From Promethearchaeota archaeon (GTDB taxonomy: Archaea > Asgardarchaeota > Lokiarchaeia > Sigyniarchaeales > SOKP01), in the NCBI GenBank assembly GCA_019894975.1, contig JAGXNO010000005.1, positions 1-64,000 of the forward strand: DNA of 64,000 nt, given 5' to 3'. A model generated the notes under the pieces. That model was given only the letters and a program-made list of their open reading frames with translations, ran no database searches and was not told the DNA's origin. Below, in pieces: positions 10,165-18,878 of the stretch (the stretch's first letter is position 1; each line of letters opens with the position of its first letter). The position numbers and the translations under genes are program-made.

Positions 10165-11121
10165 TCATAGCTTTTGAATTTTTCTAATATTCTTTACTAT
10201 TATCCCCCAAAAATTATCTTTCTCAAGCTTACCATTTACACTAATCTTATCCTTTACATTTAGCTTATTCTCACTCTGTATTTTCTCACTAATTCTAATT
10301 TTTAATATTTCAATGTTTACAATATCTTCTTCCCGAAAATCACCCTTCCGATATATTCTTGGACCAAGCCTAATATCTTTTAATGTAATATGATAAAAAA
10401 TGGTTATATTCCCTTGAAATTCTGATTCTCTTTGAGTAATTTCTTCTATCTTACCTTCATATATTGTGACACTATTATTTAGGAATTTCATTAATTCAAC
10501 GCTATCAGAACTCTCATCTACTAAAGTAATTTTACCCGTACCTTTAGCTTGTTTATCACCGGTATCTGCGGTTGTCATTTTAATCGATTTAACACGATCC
10601 TCAAAATCCTCCGGTAATTTTGTTAATGTCCAATCATTAAGTTTTAAAAACCCCTCCTTTAAAGAAAGGATAAATCCAATCCAAAAATGACTACATAATC
10701 CCATGTTCGAACCAATTCGACAGTCACAATCCCTTTCTGGATCGTTTATATTCTTGGGGGTGATGGATAAATAGGAGCTAACATCCCAATTAAATCCTTT
10801 AAAAGTAATTTCCATTTCGTGGTTTTTAGGATTTATAATTTTGATTTCAGAAATGCTTTCTCTATCTTCCCCATTAACTTTCTTAAATGCAAGATTTATC
10901 TCATCTGATATAATCTCTAATTCTTTCTGTAAAATTAAATCCTCTAATTCTTCCTCAGATAAAGAATCAAGAATAAATTCTACTAAGTCAGATTTCTTTA
11001 ATTTTGAATATCCTTTTATCTCGAAGTCTCGACAGATCTGCTTTAAATCGTCAACATTTAAGGATTGTAATAAATAATTCAAATATTTTTTATCATCAAT
11101 TTGTCTGTTCATTTTACTCAA
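10165..11121 (-). CDS. Hypothetical protein: N-terminal HeH/Rho-N-like helices, SWIM-type Zn finger, probable C-terminal OB fold
   Basis: LNVDDLKQICRDFEIKGYSKLKKSDLV; CDC-x7-CSH (CxC..CxH); C-terminal beta-rich ...LNVKDKISVNGKL. Confidence 0.6.
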   Translation of the reverse strand: MSKMNRQIDDKKYLNYLLQSLNVDDLKQICRDFEIKGYSKLKKSDLVEFILDSLSEEELEDLILQKELEIISDEINLAFKKVNGEDRESISEIKIINPKNHEMEITFKGFNWDVSSYLSITPKNINDPERDCDCRIGSNMGLCSHFWIGFILSLKEGFLKLNDWTLTKLPEDFEDRVKSIKMTTADTGDKQAKGTGKITLVDESSDSVELMKFLNNSVTIYEGKIEEITQRESEFQGNITIFYHITLKDIRLGPRIYRKGDFREEDIVNIEILKIRISEKIQSENKLNVKDKISVNGKLEKDNFWGIIVKNIRKIQKL

Positions 11122-11435
11122 AACCTACTAATACTTCATAATAAGATAATAACTTCAATAATAATTTGAAAGATTAGTTTATATTTGTATCTATCTTGGG
11201 GTTAGTTTAAGATCGATAATAATTTTATCAAAAATGAAAAAGAAATTTGTTAATTTTATCATTCTTCGACGTATTCTCTGAAAATAATATCAAAAACTAA
11301 AACTAAATGCGAGGTTGAATCATATGAAAATGTTTAAATATAAGATTATCCTTCTTATTTAAATATAGATAAATCTTTAACTAAATAAATCTTCGATTGA
11401 ACAAAACAAAATTTGACGTTAGGTGATAATAAAAA

Positions 11436-11645
11436 ATGAGTATTGAAAGTCCCGACTTTTTGAAACATTTTGGTGAGATAAAATTCGCAGAAGAGAATAG
11501 TATGTGTATAAATGATTATGAACTTGCATTAAAAAAACATGTATTTGGAAAGAAAAAAATTCCAAGTGGACATTACAAATTTGGTGAAATAGATAATACT
11601 TCTATAAAAGATTTTAAACGATCTCTTAAAAACTATTTTTGGTAA
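11436..11645 (+). CDS. Small hypothetical protein
   Basis: 69-aa ORF preceded by AGGTGA SD. Confidence 0.55.
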   Translation: MSIESPDFLKHFGEIKFAEENSMCINDYELALKKHVFGKKKIPSGHYKFGEIDNTSIKDFKRSLKNYFW

Positions 11646-11830
11646 TTAAAAATCTCTTAGAAAACAGCCATCTAAGCACCTTTAGATCAAAATATTTTTG
11701 ATATTTTAAATTATAGGTTAAAATAAATAAATTTATTAGGTTCACCTTTCCATAACTACATAAGTGTATTTAAATAAACTTTATTTTTATACAAATACTC
11801 TTAAAAATATACGAAAACTGATCGAAGAAT

Positions 11831-12292
11831 ATGACCGAAGAAGAAGGCAATTTTCTCTGGACTATTAAACTGGATTGGTTAAATATTGTGAGTATGCTCA
11901 ACTTAGATGATATTAACCAAATTGCAGAATTCAAAAAAATTAAAGCACTGAAAAAGATAAATTTAAAATATGGATCAGAGAACCTTATGGATTTTGAACC
12001 CGAATACTTAGAAAACCTAGTCGCAGATGAGTTAAAGGAATTAATGAAAAAAGAATTATCAATTAATGCAAAGAAACAAGCAGAAAGAGAGAGAGATATA
12101 CGCAGTAAGGTGATACCATTTAAAAAAGGTGGTATAATTAAACTTGATCCTCGAGATTTAAAAGATTTCAATGGGGATGAAAAAGAGATGCTCAAATTCT
12201 TTTATAAGAAGTTTCTAGGGAGAGATGATGATGATGATAAGGACGACGAAAAAGACAAATATAAAGAGGATAACACGGGTTATTATATTTAA
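11831..12292 (+). CDS. Hypothetical protein with acidic C-terminal tail
   Basis: 153-aa ORF, charged, with DDDDDKDDEKD followed by a terminal YYI. Confidence 0.75.
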   Translation: MTEEEGNFLWTIKLDWLNIVSMLNLDDINQIAEFKKIKALKKINLKYGSENLMDFEPEYLENLVADELKELMKKELSINAKKQAERERDIRSKVIPFKKGGIIKLDPRDLKDFNGDEKEMLKFFYKKFLGRDDDDDKDDEKDKYKEDNTGYYI

Positions 12293-12320
12293 TCCTATAT
12301 TTTGAATGTATTCCAATTTC

Positions 12321-13943
12321 CTACTTTTTTAGATTTGCTAATTTATCTTTAATTTGCTTTAGATCTACATTTTTTAACTTTCTATAACTAAAACAAAAGA
12401 TTATATATATCAGTCCTGACCAGATCATCCATGATAAAGCCTGAAACGTATCTAAATTGAATAAATAATTAAAATAACTTTCTAATACATAAAATCCCAT
12501 ATCATTCAATTCACCTGGGAAATCGATTATTTCTGGATTGAGATTAATCGCGATAACTTGGTGAGTATTGTTTTTTAGAGTTTCAAAAATGTTGGGAATA
12601 GTAAAATTAGTAGGATCGACTAGCTTTAACTTGATAAATGTGTTAATGTCTTCATTTGTATGAATATCTGAACCTCCCATGCAGGTTAAGTTGTGTGATA
12701 GACAATAATCTCTTATTTGCTGATATTTCCCTCCATAGCTACCACCATTCACAATTTCAAAACCATCGACACCCCAATCTCTAAATTGATCCAAGGTATA
12801 GGGGACCCCATATCCTCCACTTGGATTTGGATCATAGTTATAATGATTAACCGTAATATATCCTCCATTTGCTTTTACATAGGTTATAGTATCTGATGCA
12901 TTCATCGCTATAGGTCCTCCAGGAGTATATGATTGAAGTGGCACAATCTCTTCTAATATACCATAATAATTCATGTGGAGATCATTAGCATTATCCGTCC
13001 ATTCTTCTCCGATTAAAACTTTAAAATCTAACCCGTTATCATCAACATATCTCTGAGCTAACTTTGCACCTCTTAAATTATCATGATCTGTAAAAACTGC
13101 ACCTGAAATACCTTGCTTTATATACCATTTAATTCTCTCCTCAACTGTAAGCCATCCATCTGAATAGGTGGTGTGTACGTGGAAGTCTAATAGAAATTCG
13201 TCATCTTCAAGTGGTACAATCGATTCTATTTCATGGGGGGGAAAGGGTGTAGAAATTAAGAGGATGTTACTACTAAGAAGTAATGTGCCTATTCCAACAT
13301 ATAGGACGATTTCTCGGTTAATACGCCGTGCCTTATCTGGAATATTCCTTAGCTTTCGATTTAAGAATTTAATAGTACTCTTTGGCCTTAATTTTGGATA
13401 AAATAATTGAATTATACTGTAGACCATTTTAATGGCTATTAAAACCATACCAATGCGAATAGCTAATTGAATGGGTACCATAAAATATCTACTTATAAAA
13501 AAATAACCTTGCAATGAAAATCCGATGAGAATATAGATTCCAACTATTAAGATAGCTAGGGATAGTATCTTAAATGAAAAGGAAATGATATCTGTGATAT
13601 AATGGGTAATAAATTTATATTTATCCGAGTTGAATCTCCCCTTCTTTTTTAAATACAAATAGATTCCTCTTACAATTGGATAAAACATTAAAAATAGAAA
13701 CATCCAAGTAAATTCATACTCTAAAATATAACCAATAACATACAAAGGTTCGATAAAATATCTCAACAAGGGATAATTGCTTGAATATTCTGAAGAAACA
13801 TCAACTTGACCAAGAGCATCATAGAAGATTACAGTTCTGTCATTTATAATAGATAAGATTATGAGGAAAACAAACCATATAAAGAAAGCAAATGAGAAGA
13901 TCGTAAAAAATTTATTATTCTTTATGAAAGATCGAATTTTCAT
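12321..13943 (-). CDS. Membrane-anchored PHP-domain metallophosphoesterase
   Basis: Multiple N-terminal TMs; DFHVHTTYSDG, TDHD, GEE, NH, GGSDIH; C-terminal TM. Confidence 0.85.
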   Translation of the reverse strand: MKIRSFIKNNKFFTIFSFAFFIWFVFLIILSIINDRTVIFYDALGQVDVSSEYSSNYPLLRYFIEPLYVIGYILEYEFTWMFLFLMFYPIVRGIYLYLKKKGRFNSDKYKFITHYITDIISFSFKILSLAILIVGIYILIGFSLQGYFFISRYFMVPIQLAIRIGMVLIAIKMVYSIIQLFYPKLRPKSTIKFLNRKLRNIPDKARRINREIVLYVGIGTLLLSSNILLISTPFPPHEIESIVPLEDDEFLLDFHVHTTYSDGWLTVEERIKWYIKQGISGAVFTDHDNLRGAKLAQRYVDDNGLDFKVLIGEEWTDNANDLHMNYYGILEEIVPLQSYTPGGPIAMNASDTITYVKANGGYITVNHYNYDPNPSGGYGVPYTLDQFRDWGVDGFEIVNGGSYGGKYQQIRDYCLSHNLTCMGGSDIHTNEDINTFIKLKLVDPTNFTIPNIFETLKNNTHQVIAINLNPEIIDFPGELNDMGFYVLESYFNYLFNLDTFQALSWMIWSGLIYIIFCFSYRKLKNVDLKQIKDKLANLKK

Positions 13944-14011
13944 AATATCTATTTGTATTGAACTTCCTAATAAATTTTAGATATATTGATGATTTTTTTT
14001 AGTTAGAATTA

Positions 14012-15205
14012 TTATGCTACTATGTATTGATCTAACGTTTTTAGAGATTCACTGAATTTCTGGTAAACTTTAACATCCAAAATAGGTAAATTCTCACAAA
14101 TTTTATCCCTTAAATCTTTTTCGTTAATTTTATATGACGGTTTTATTCCCTTGATAACCAAATATAATAAGGGCATTCGAGGATTAGAGGGGTGAATTTT
14201 TACATCTATATTGCTTAGGGAATTACGTAATTTATCAATAATAATAAACTCCAGTTTATCTTTTTTTCTAACTTCAAAGTTCAAGTTTACTGTTTTCCAA
14301 ACATATCTTCGGTTGTTTAGACGAAAAATTGTAACATATTTGACAAAAGTTTCAAGCTTTTTTGAAATTTCTACCATAAAAACTCCTCTTTTATATGAAC
14401 TGTCCATAACAGATGCCGCTTCTGAAGATCCGGGATTATAAATCCAATCTTCGAGTATATATTGCTTATGAAAATGCCCTAAAGCTAAATAATCTATTCT
14501 ATGTTTTAAAGGTTGGATATCCTCCAAATTAATACCAGGAACATTTTCCATTTGTCCTTCAATCCCAAGATGTAACAATAAAACATTAAATAACCCCGTT
14601 TCCTTGATTATTGCTTTTCTAATTTTAGAAAGCTGTTGAATTGGTTTTTCACCGAGATATCCAGAACCATACACAACTACATTTTTAATTTGGATTTTTC
14701 CACCCCTTCTTGTCTTAAAATTATATGGATTGAATATTTCTTCTGAGGATGCCTTCAAATTAGTGTCAAGCAGACAAATCAATCCTAAACTATTCAATAG
14801 TTTTAACCAAGATTGGCCTCGTCTATCAAACCTCACTCCTCTTGAGAATTTCCGAATATCATGATTACCCTCGATTGCTATAATTAATATTGACCTTTGG
14901 GTAAAATCCATGAAATCCTTCAGCATATTAACAATCTTGGTTAGCATACCAGGTAATGCTTCTAAGGAAGTAAACACATCACCTCCTAAAATAATAAAAT
15001 CAGCATAGTTTGTAATTGCTAATTCCAATATTTCTTGAAATGCCTGAACAAAATCATTTGATCTAAATTCATTTCGATATTGAGCTGCCCCAAGGTGTAT
15101 ATCACTAGCATGAATAAATTTAACGGATTTTTTGTATTCCCTGTCTGGAATCTTAAAATTTTCAAATTTATTTTTGAAATAGTTCTCAATAATCATAAAT
15201 ATCAT
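14012..15205 (-). CDS. Mre11/SbcD-like DNA repair nuclease
   Basis: SDIHLG, GGDVF, GNHD, ALGHFH, NPGS calcineurin-like motifs. Confidence 0.85.
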   Translation of the reverse strand: MIFMIIENYFKNKFENFKIPDREYKKSVKFIHASDIHLGAAQYRNEFRSNDFVQAFQEILELAITNYADFIILGGDVFTSLEALPGMLTKIVNMLKDFMDFTQRSILIIAIEGNHDIRKFSRGVRFDRRGQSWLKLLNSLGLICLLDTNLKASSEEIFNPYNFKTRRGGKIQIKNVVVYGSGYLGEKPIQQLSKIRKAIIKETGLFNVLLLHLGIEGQMENVPGINLEDIQPLKHRIDYLALGHFHKQYILEDWIYNPGSSEAASVMDSSYKRGVFMVEISKKLETFVKYVTIFRLNNRRYVWKTVNLNFEVRKKDKLEFIIIDKLRNSLSNIDVKIHPSNPRMPLLYLVIKGIKPSYKINEKDLRDKICENLPILDVKVYQKFSESLKTLDQYIVA

Positions 15206-15344
15206 TCAAAATAATTTTTAGTTAAAATATATGTATTTATGATCGACAGCTTTTAAGGAATAAAAGTCTAAAAAATAAGTGATTAAACAAAATTATTATT
15301 TTTTTTTTAATTATTCAGTTTACTAGATCAATAAATAAGTCAAG

Positions 15345-15926
15345 GTGAAAAAGGAAATGGGAGAAGTTAAATATGATATTGGTGTAATTCATGGACGGTT
15401 TCAGGTGCTTCATAATGATCATATAAAATATTTAATGGCAGGCAAAAATTTATGTAAATATTTAGTAGTCGGCATCACAAATCCTGATCCCTCTCTAACT
15501 AGAGATTCAGATGCTAATCCACACAGAAGTAAGCCTCTTGCAAATCCATTAACATATTATGAACGTTATGTGATGACACAAGCGGCCCTATTGGAACAGA
15601 ATTTAAGTTTATCAGAATTTTCCATAGTCCCCTTCCCTATAAACGTACCAGAACTTATTCATTATTATGTTCCATTAGATGCAATATTTTTCCTAACGAT
15701 ATATGATGATTGGGGCAGACAAAAGAAAGAATACTTTCAGTCGTTGGGATTAAAGATTCATGTACTTTGGGAAGTTCCTTTAGAAAAAAAGGGACTCAGT
15801 TCGAGTGATATTCGTGAAGCCATGATATCCGGTGAGAAATGGGAGCACCTCGTACCTTCTAATGTCGCAATACTCTTGAAAAAATGGAATATAACTCAAA
15901 GATTAAAAAAATTAAGTTTAAAATGA
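15345..15926 (+). CDS. Nicotinamide/nicotinate-nucleotide adenylyltransferase-like (HIGH superfamily)
   Basis: HGRFQVLHNDH, GITNPD, NPLTYYER, SSSDIR. Confidence 0.82.
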   Translation: MKKEMGEVKYDIGVIHGRFQVLHNDHIKYLMAGKNLCKYLVVGITNPDPSLTRDSDANPHRSKPLANPLTYYERYVMTQAALLEQNLSLSEFSIVPFPINVPELIHYYVPLDAIFFLTIYDDWGRQKKEYFQSLGLKIHVLWEVPLEKKGLSSSDIREAMISGEKWEHLVPSNVAILLKKWNITQRLKKLSLK

Positions 15927-16057
15927 GGAATTGACATTTCTCTAGATTTATTTATTAATCAATTCGAGTTATTAATCAATTTAAAAGGGATTTTAATTAA
16001 TTATTAATATAACTTTAACCATATAAGAATTAATTATTCTCTTTTTGGTGGAAAAAA

Positions 16058-16825
16058 ATCGCTTTATTTCAGATCGATACTACAATAACTAGAGTCATAC
16101 TAGTTTATGTTGTTCAAGGGATAATTGTTATCTATTTTTCACTCCTCGCTAATCGTATATTACGACGAAAGAAACAACGGTTAAATATAATTTTTAGTGG
16201 TTTTTTTATCAGTACGGTGATTGGGTTAATATTAAATATGATTTATGCCGGAATTAGAGTTGCTACCACAAGTATTGATCATGTTGTCGTTTTTCTTCAT
16301 TTTTTATCTGTATTCTTTGTAAATTTTGGGTTAATTTTTATTGTGATTGTAAATATGATAATTCTAGAATCTTCAATCATATTCTCAGTTAAACGCCAAA
16401 ATAGATTCATTATTTTATATGGTATTTTCCTTTTCTTTGGAATGTTAATATTGATCTACCCATTTGAATTTGTAACTGTTCATGCTTCAGGATATACACA
16501 ATGGGATCCTATTTTTTTCATATATTTAGTTCTGATAATAACTGGCCTAGCAATGATCCCAATATTTTATACTTCTTTCAAAATATACTCCAGTTTTACC
16601 ACAAAAGAATTAAAGAAGAAATGGTTTTACTATTTAATAGGTTCCTTGGGTTTAGCTATCTTTAATTTATATCCTGTTGATATCTTAAATTTATTAACTC
16701 ATAGTTTTCCAGAAAATGAGGGCTTTCTAAATATATCTAGATCACTAATTAGTGTTTTGGGAATTTCCGTAATATTCTGGGTCTCATTGATGTATTATGG
16801 GATAGGTTCTAAATTAAAACCTTAG
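16058..16825 (+). CDS. 7TM-like membrane protein; probable non-canonical ATC start (track start 16217)
   Basis: The frame is open from 16034; it adds IALFQIDTTITRVILVYVVQG... with an extra TM and an RRKKQR loop; GGTGG lies just upstream of ATC 16058. Confidence 0.65.
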   Translation: MALFQIDTTITRVILVYVVQGIIVIYFSLLANRILRRKKQRLNIIFSGFFISTVIGLILNMIYAGIRVATTSIDHVVVFLHFLSVFFVNFGLIFIVIVNMIILESSIIFSVKRQNRFIILYGIFLFFGMLILIYPFEFVTVHASGYTQWDPIFFIYLVLIITGLAMIPIFYTSFKIYSSFTTKELKKKWFYYLIGSLGLAIFNLYPVDILNLLTHSFPENEGFLNISRSLISVLGISVIFWVSLMYYGIGSKLKP

Positions 16826-17000
16826 AATGCATAACATAATATTGTTTTCTGGGCACAACCTCTTTAGTTTTATAACATATTTATCTTCAATTCTATACCT
16901 TAAATTCCCTTTTTTCACGCGAAAAAAAGAAAACCTTTTAAATGCTTTAGAAAACTATTACTTAACCTTTTAGATTTTTGTTCAAGGTAAGGAGATTAGG

Positions 17001-18107
17001 TTGGCAGCTATCAGTAGAAAAGAGTTATTTCTCCAAGAGGAAAGTATTTATTTCCAAAAATTCGTTGCTAGAAATGGCGAGGAATATGGTTTAAGATTTG
17101 GAAATCCTAATGATGCCAACACTATTTCTATGATTTTTAAAGAAATATACGGGTATAAATATATTAATCCCTTGGTGTATGAACCAAATTACCTTAAACA
17201 AGAATTAATGAACAATGATAATTATTGGCTTATTGGAGAACTAATAGATAATAAAGAAATTGCTGGCGTGGGCTTAATAGAAAAAAAGAGATATATTGCC
17301 CATAGCAGTAAAGGTATGACAAGGAAAAAATTTCAGGGAAAAGGAGTTACCACAAAAATTGGTGCAGCAGGGCTTTTATCCATTACAAAAATGCCCCAAT
17401 TTAAAGAAATTTTAAAAATTGATACAGAAGTTCGGGGACCTGAAGTAAGAGCACAAAAGCTTAACCAAAATGCTGGTGCAATAGATTATGGGTTAATTCC
17501 CGCCTATATAAATTTTGGTGATAAAAGAAGGTTTAAAGTTAATGATAACAATCCATTTCCTCCAAAACAAGAAGAAGCTGCATTCCTTTATTCTCTCATT
17601 TTTAAAAACTTATGGAGAATAAGAAAAAATGAAGTACATTTACTAGATGATGAAGATTTCCTATTTTTCTATAATCACGTCAAGAATCAATGCAAAAGGA
17701 TGAAAGATGATAATGTAATTCTTGAAAGGGGGAATAAAGATAAGGGTTACGAAATGTACGGTGTTTCTAAGGATTACTATAATGGCTTAGTGAGTTTATA
17801 TGGTTCTGCTCAGGAAAAATCAATAGATAATATATTAAAAACCTATCGTAAATGGAGAATTATTTTATGGAAAATCCCCACTACCAAAAATGGAGTCAAC
17901 TCCATGGCTCTTGCGATTGAAAAAGGCTTTAATGTAGTTGGGTACGATGTAGGCTTCAATAAAATGAAAGATAATCTGTACGATTCAGTAATTTTGGCAT
18001 ACTATCCTATTGGGGCAAGATCTCAAGTATTTGATGTGAATTATCTTGATGAGAATAAGCCTTTATTTAATAAAGTTAGAGAAATATTTTTCTCTCGCAT
18101 TAACTAA
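17001..18107 (+). CDS. GNAT-fold N-acetyltransferase-like protein
   Basis: RKKFQGKGV acetyl-CoA-binding motif A; GGAG SD before TTG. Confidence 0.65.
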   Translation: MAAISRKELFLQEESIYFQKFVARNGEEYGLRFGNPNDANTISMIFKEIYGYKYINPLVYEPNYLKQELMNNDNYWLIGELIDNKEIAGVGLIEKKRYIAHSSKGMTRKKFQGKGVTTKIGAAGLLSITKMPQFKEILKIDTEVRGPEVRAQKLNQNAGAIDYGLIPAYINFGDKRRFKVNDNNPFPPKQEEAAFLYSLIFKNLWRIRKNEVHLLDDEDFLFFYNHVKNQCKRMKDDNVILERGNKDKGYEMYGVSKDYYNGLVSLYGSAQEKSIDNILKTYRKWRIILWKIPTTKNGVNSMALAIEKGFNVVGYDVGFNKMKDNLYDSVILAYYPIGARSQVFDVNYLDENKPLFNKVREIFFSRIN

Positions 18108-18143
18108 GAACTTCCTTTTTCCCTCAAACTAAAGATTTTATAA

Positions 18144-18599
18144 TTACAATAAAAGAGAAACGACTTTTTCCTCTAAAGTTTGAGTTCCAGTTCCAAAAAT
18201 TTTGTCGATAGTCTTTCTGAATGGCTCGAATTTAGCTACTTCCGTTACTTTACACCCATTATATTCTGCAACGAATTTAGTAAGCAATTTGTCCAAAAGA
18301 GGTTTGATTGTTCGATTTAAATATTTCTCTAGTCTATCATCTTTATCTATAACCATAAAAGAAAGAATATCTTGCTTCCTCCCATAAAAATCTTCCATTA
18401 TACCTTTCTTAAAAACTATGGTATATTTGCTGCTTTCAAAATATTCTATTGGTGCCATCAAGCATTCGGCAAAGGTTAAGAGTCCACTCATAAGCCCACT
18501 TGAACATATTAGATCTGTTTTTTCCTTACTCGCTCTATGATAACTAGCAAATATGACAGGAATTCCATTGAAGATGATACCAGCTTCTCGAATTAGCAT
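18144..18599 (-). CDS. Longin/roadblock-like small protein
   Basis: MLIREAGIIFNGIPVIF...SGLMSGLLTFAE...beta strands...LDKLLTKFVAEY...FRKTIDKIF pattern typical of Asgard longin-like proteins. Confidence 0.55.
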   Translation of the reverse strand: MLIREAGIIFNGIPVIFASYHRASKEKTDLICSSGLMSGLLTFAECLMAPIEYFESSKYTIVFKKGIMEDFYGRKQDILSFMVIDKDDRLEKYLNRTIKPLLDKLLTKFVAEYNGCKVTEVAKFEPFRKTIDKIFGTGTQTLEEKVVSLLL

Positions 18600-18846
18600 A
18601 TTAACTCCAATAGGGTTTTAATACAAATCGCGATAACAATATATTCTTGTTGGGTGATCTTTATATACAACGAAATTTACGCTTTTAAATATTAGCCTAG
18701 TAATAATAATTCGTGCCGATAGAACAACACTTTTCTAAAACGAGTTAGGAATTAATTAATGTCGATTTTTTGTCGAGATTGAAATTGTAGATGATCAAAT
18801 ATTATTATCCCAATAAAAATCAGATTTGATTCTCAATTATACAAAT

Positions 18847-18870
18847 AAAAGAAAGGTAAAAAAAATTAAA
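18847..18870 (-). terminator. Oligo-T archaeal terminator downstream of cdhC
   Basis: TTTAATTTTTTTTACCTTTCTTTT on the minus strand a few nt after the TAA at 18879. Confidence 0.45.
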
Positions 18871-18878
18871 TTTAATAA

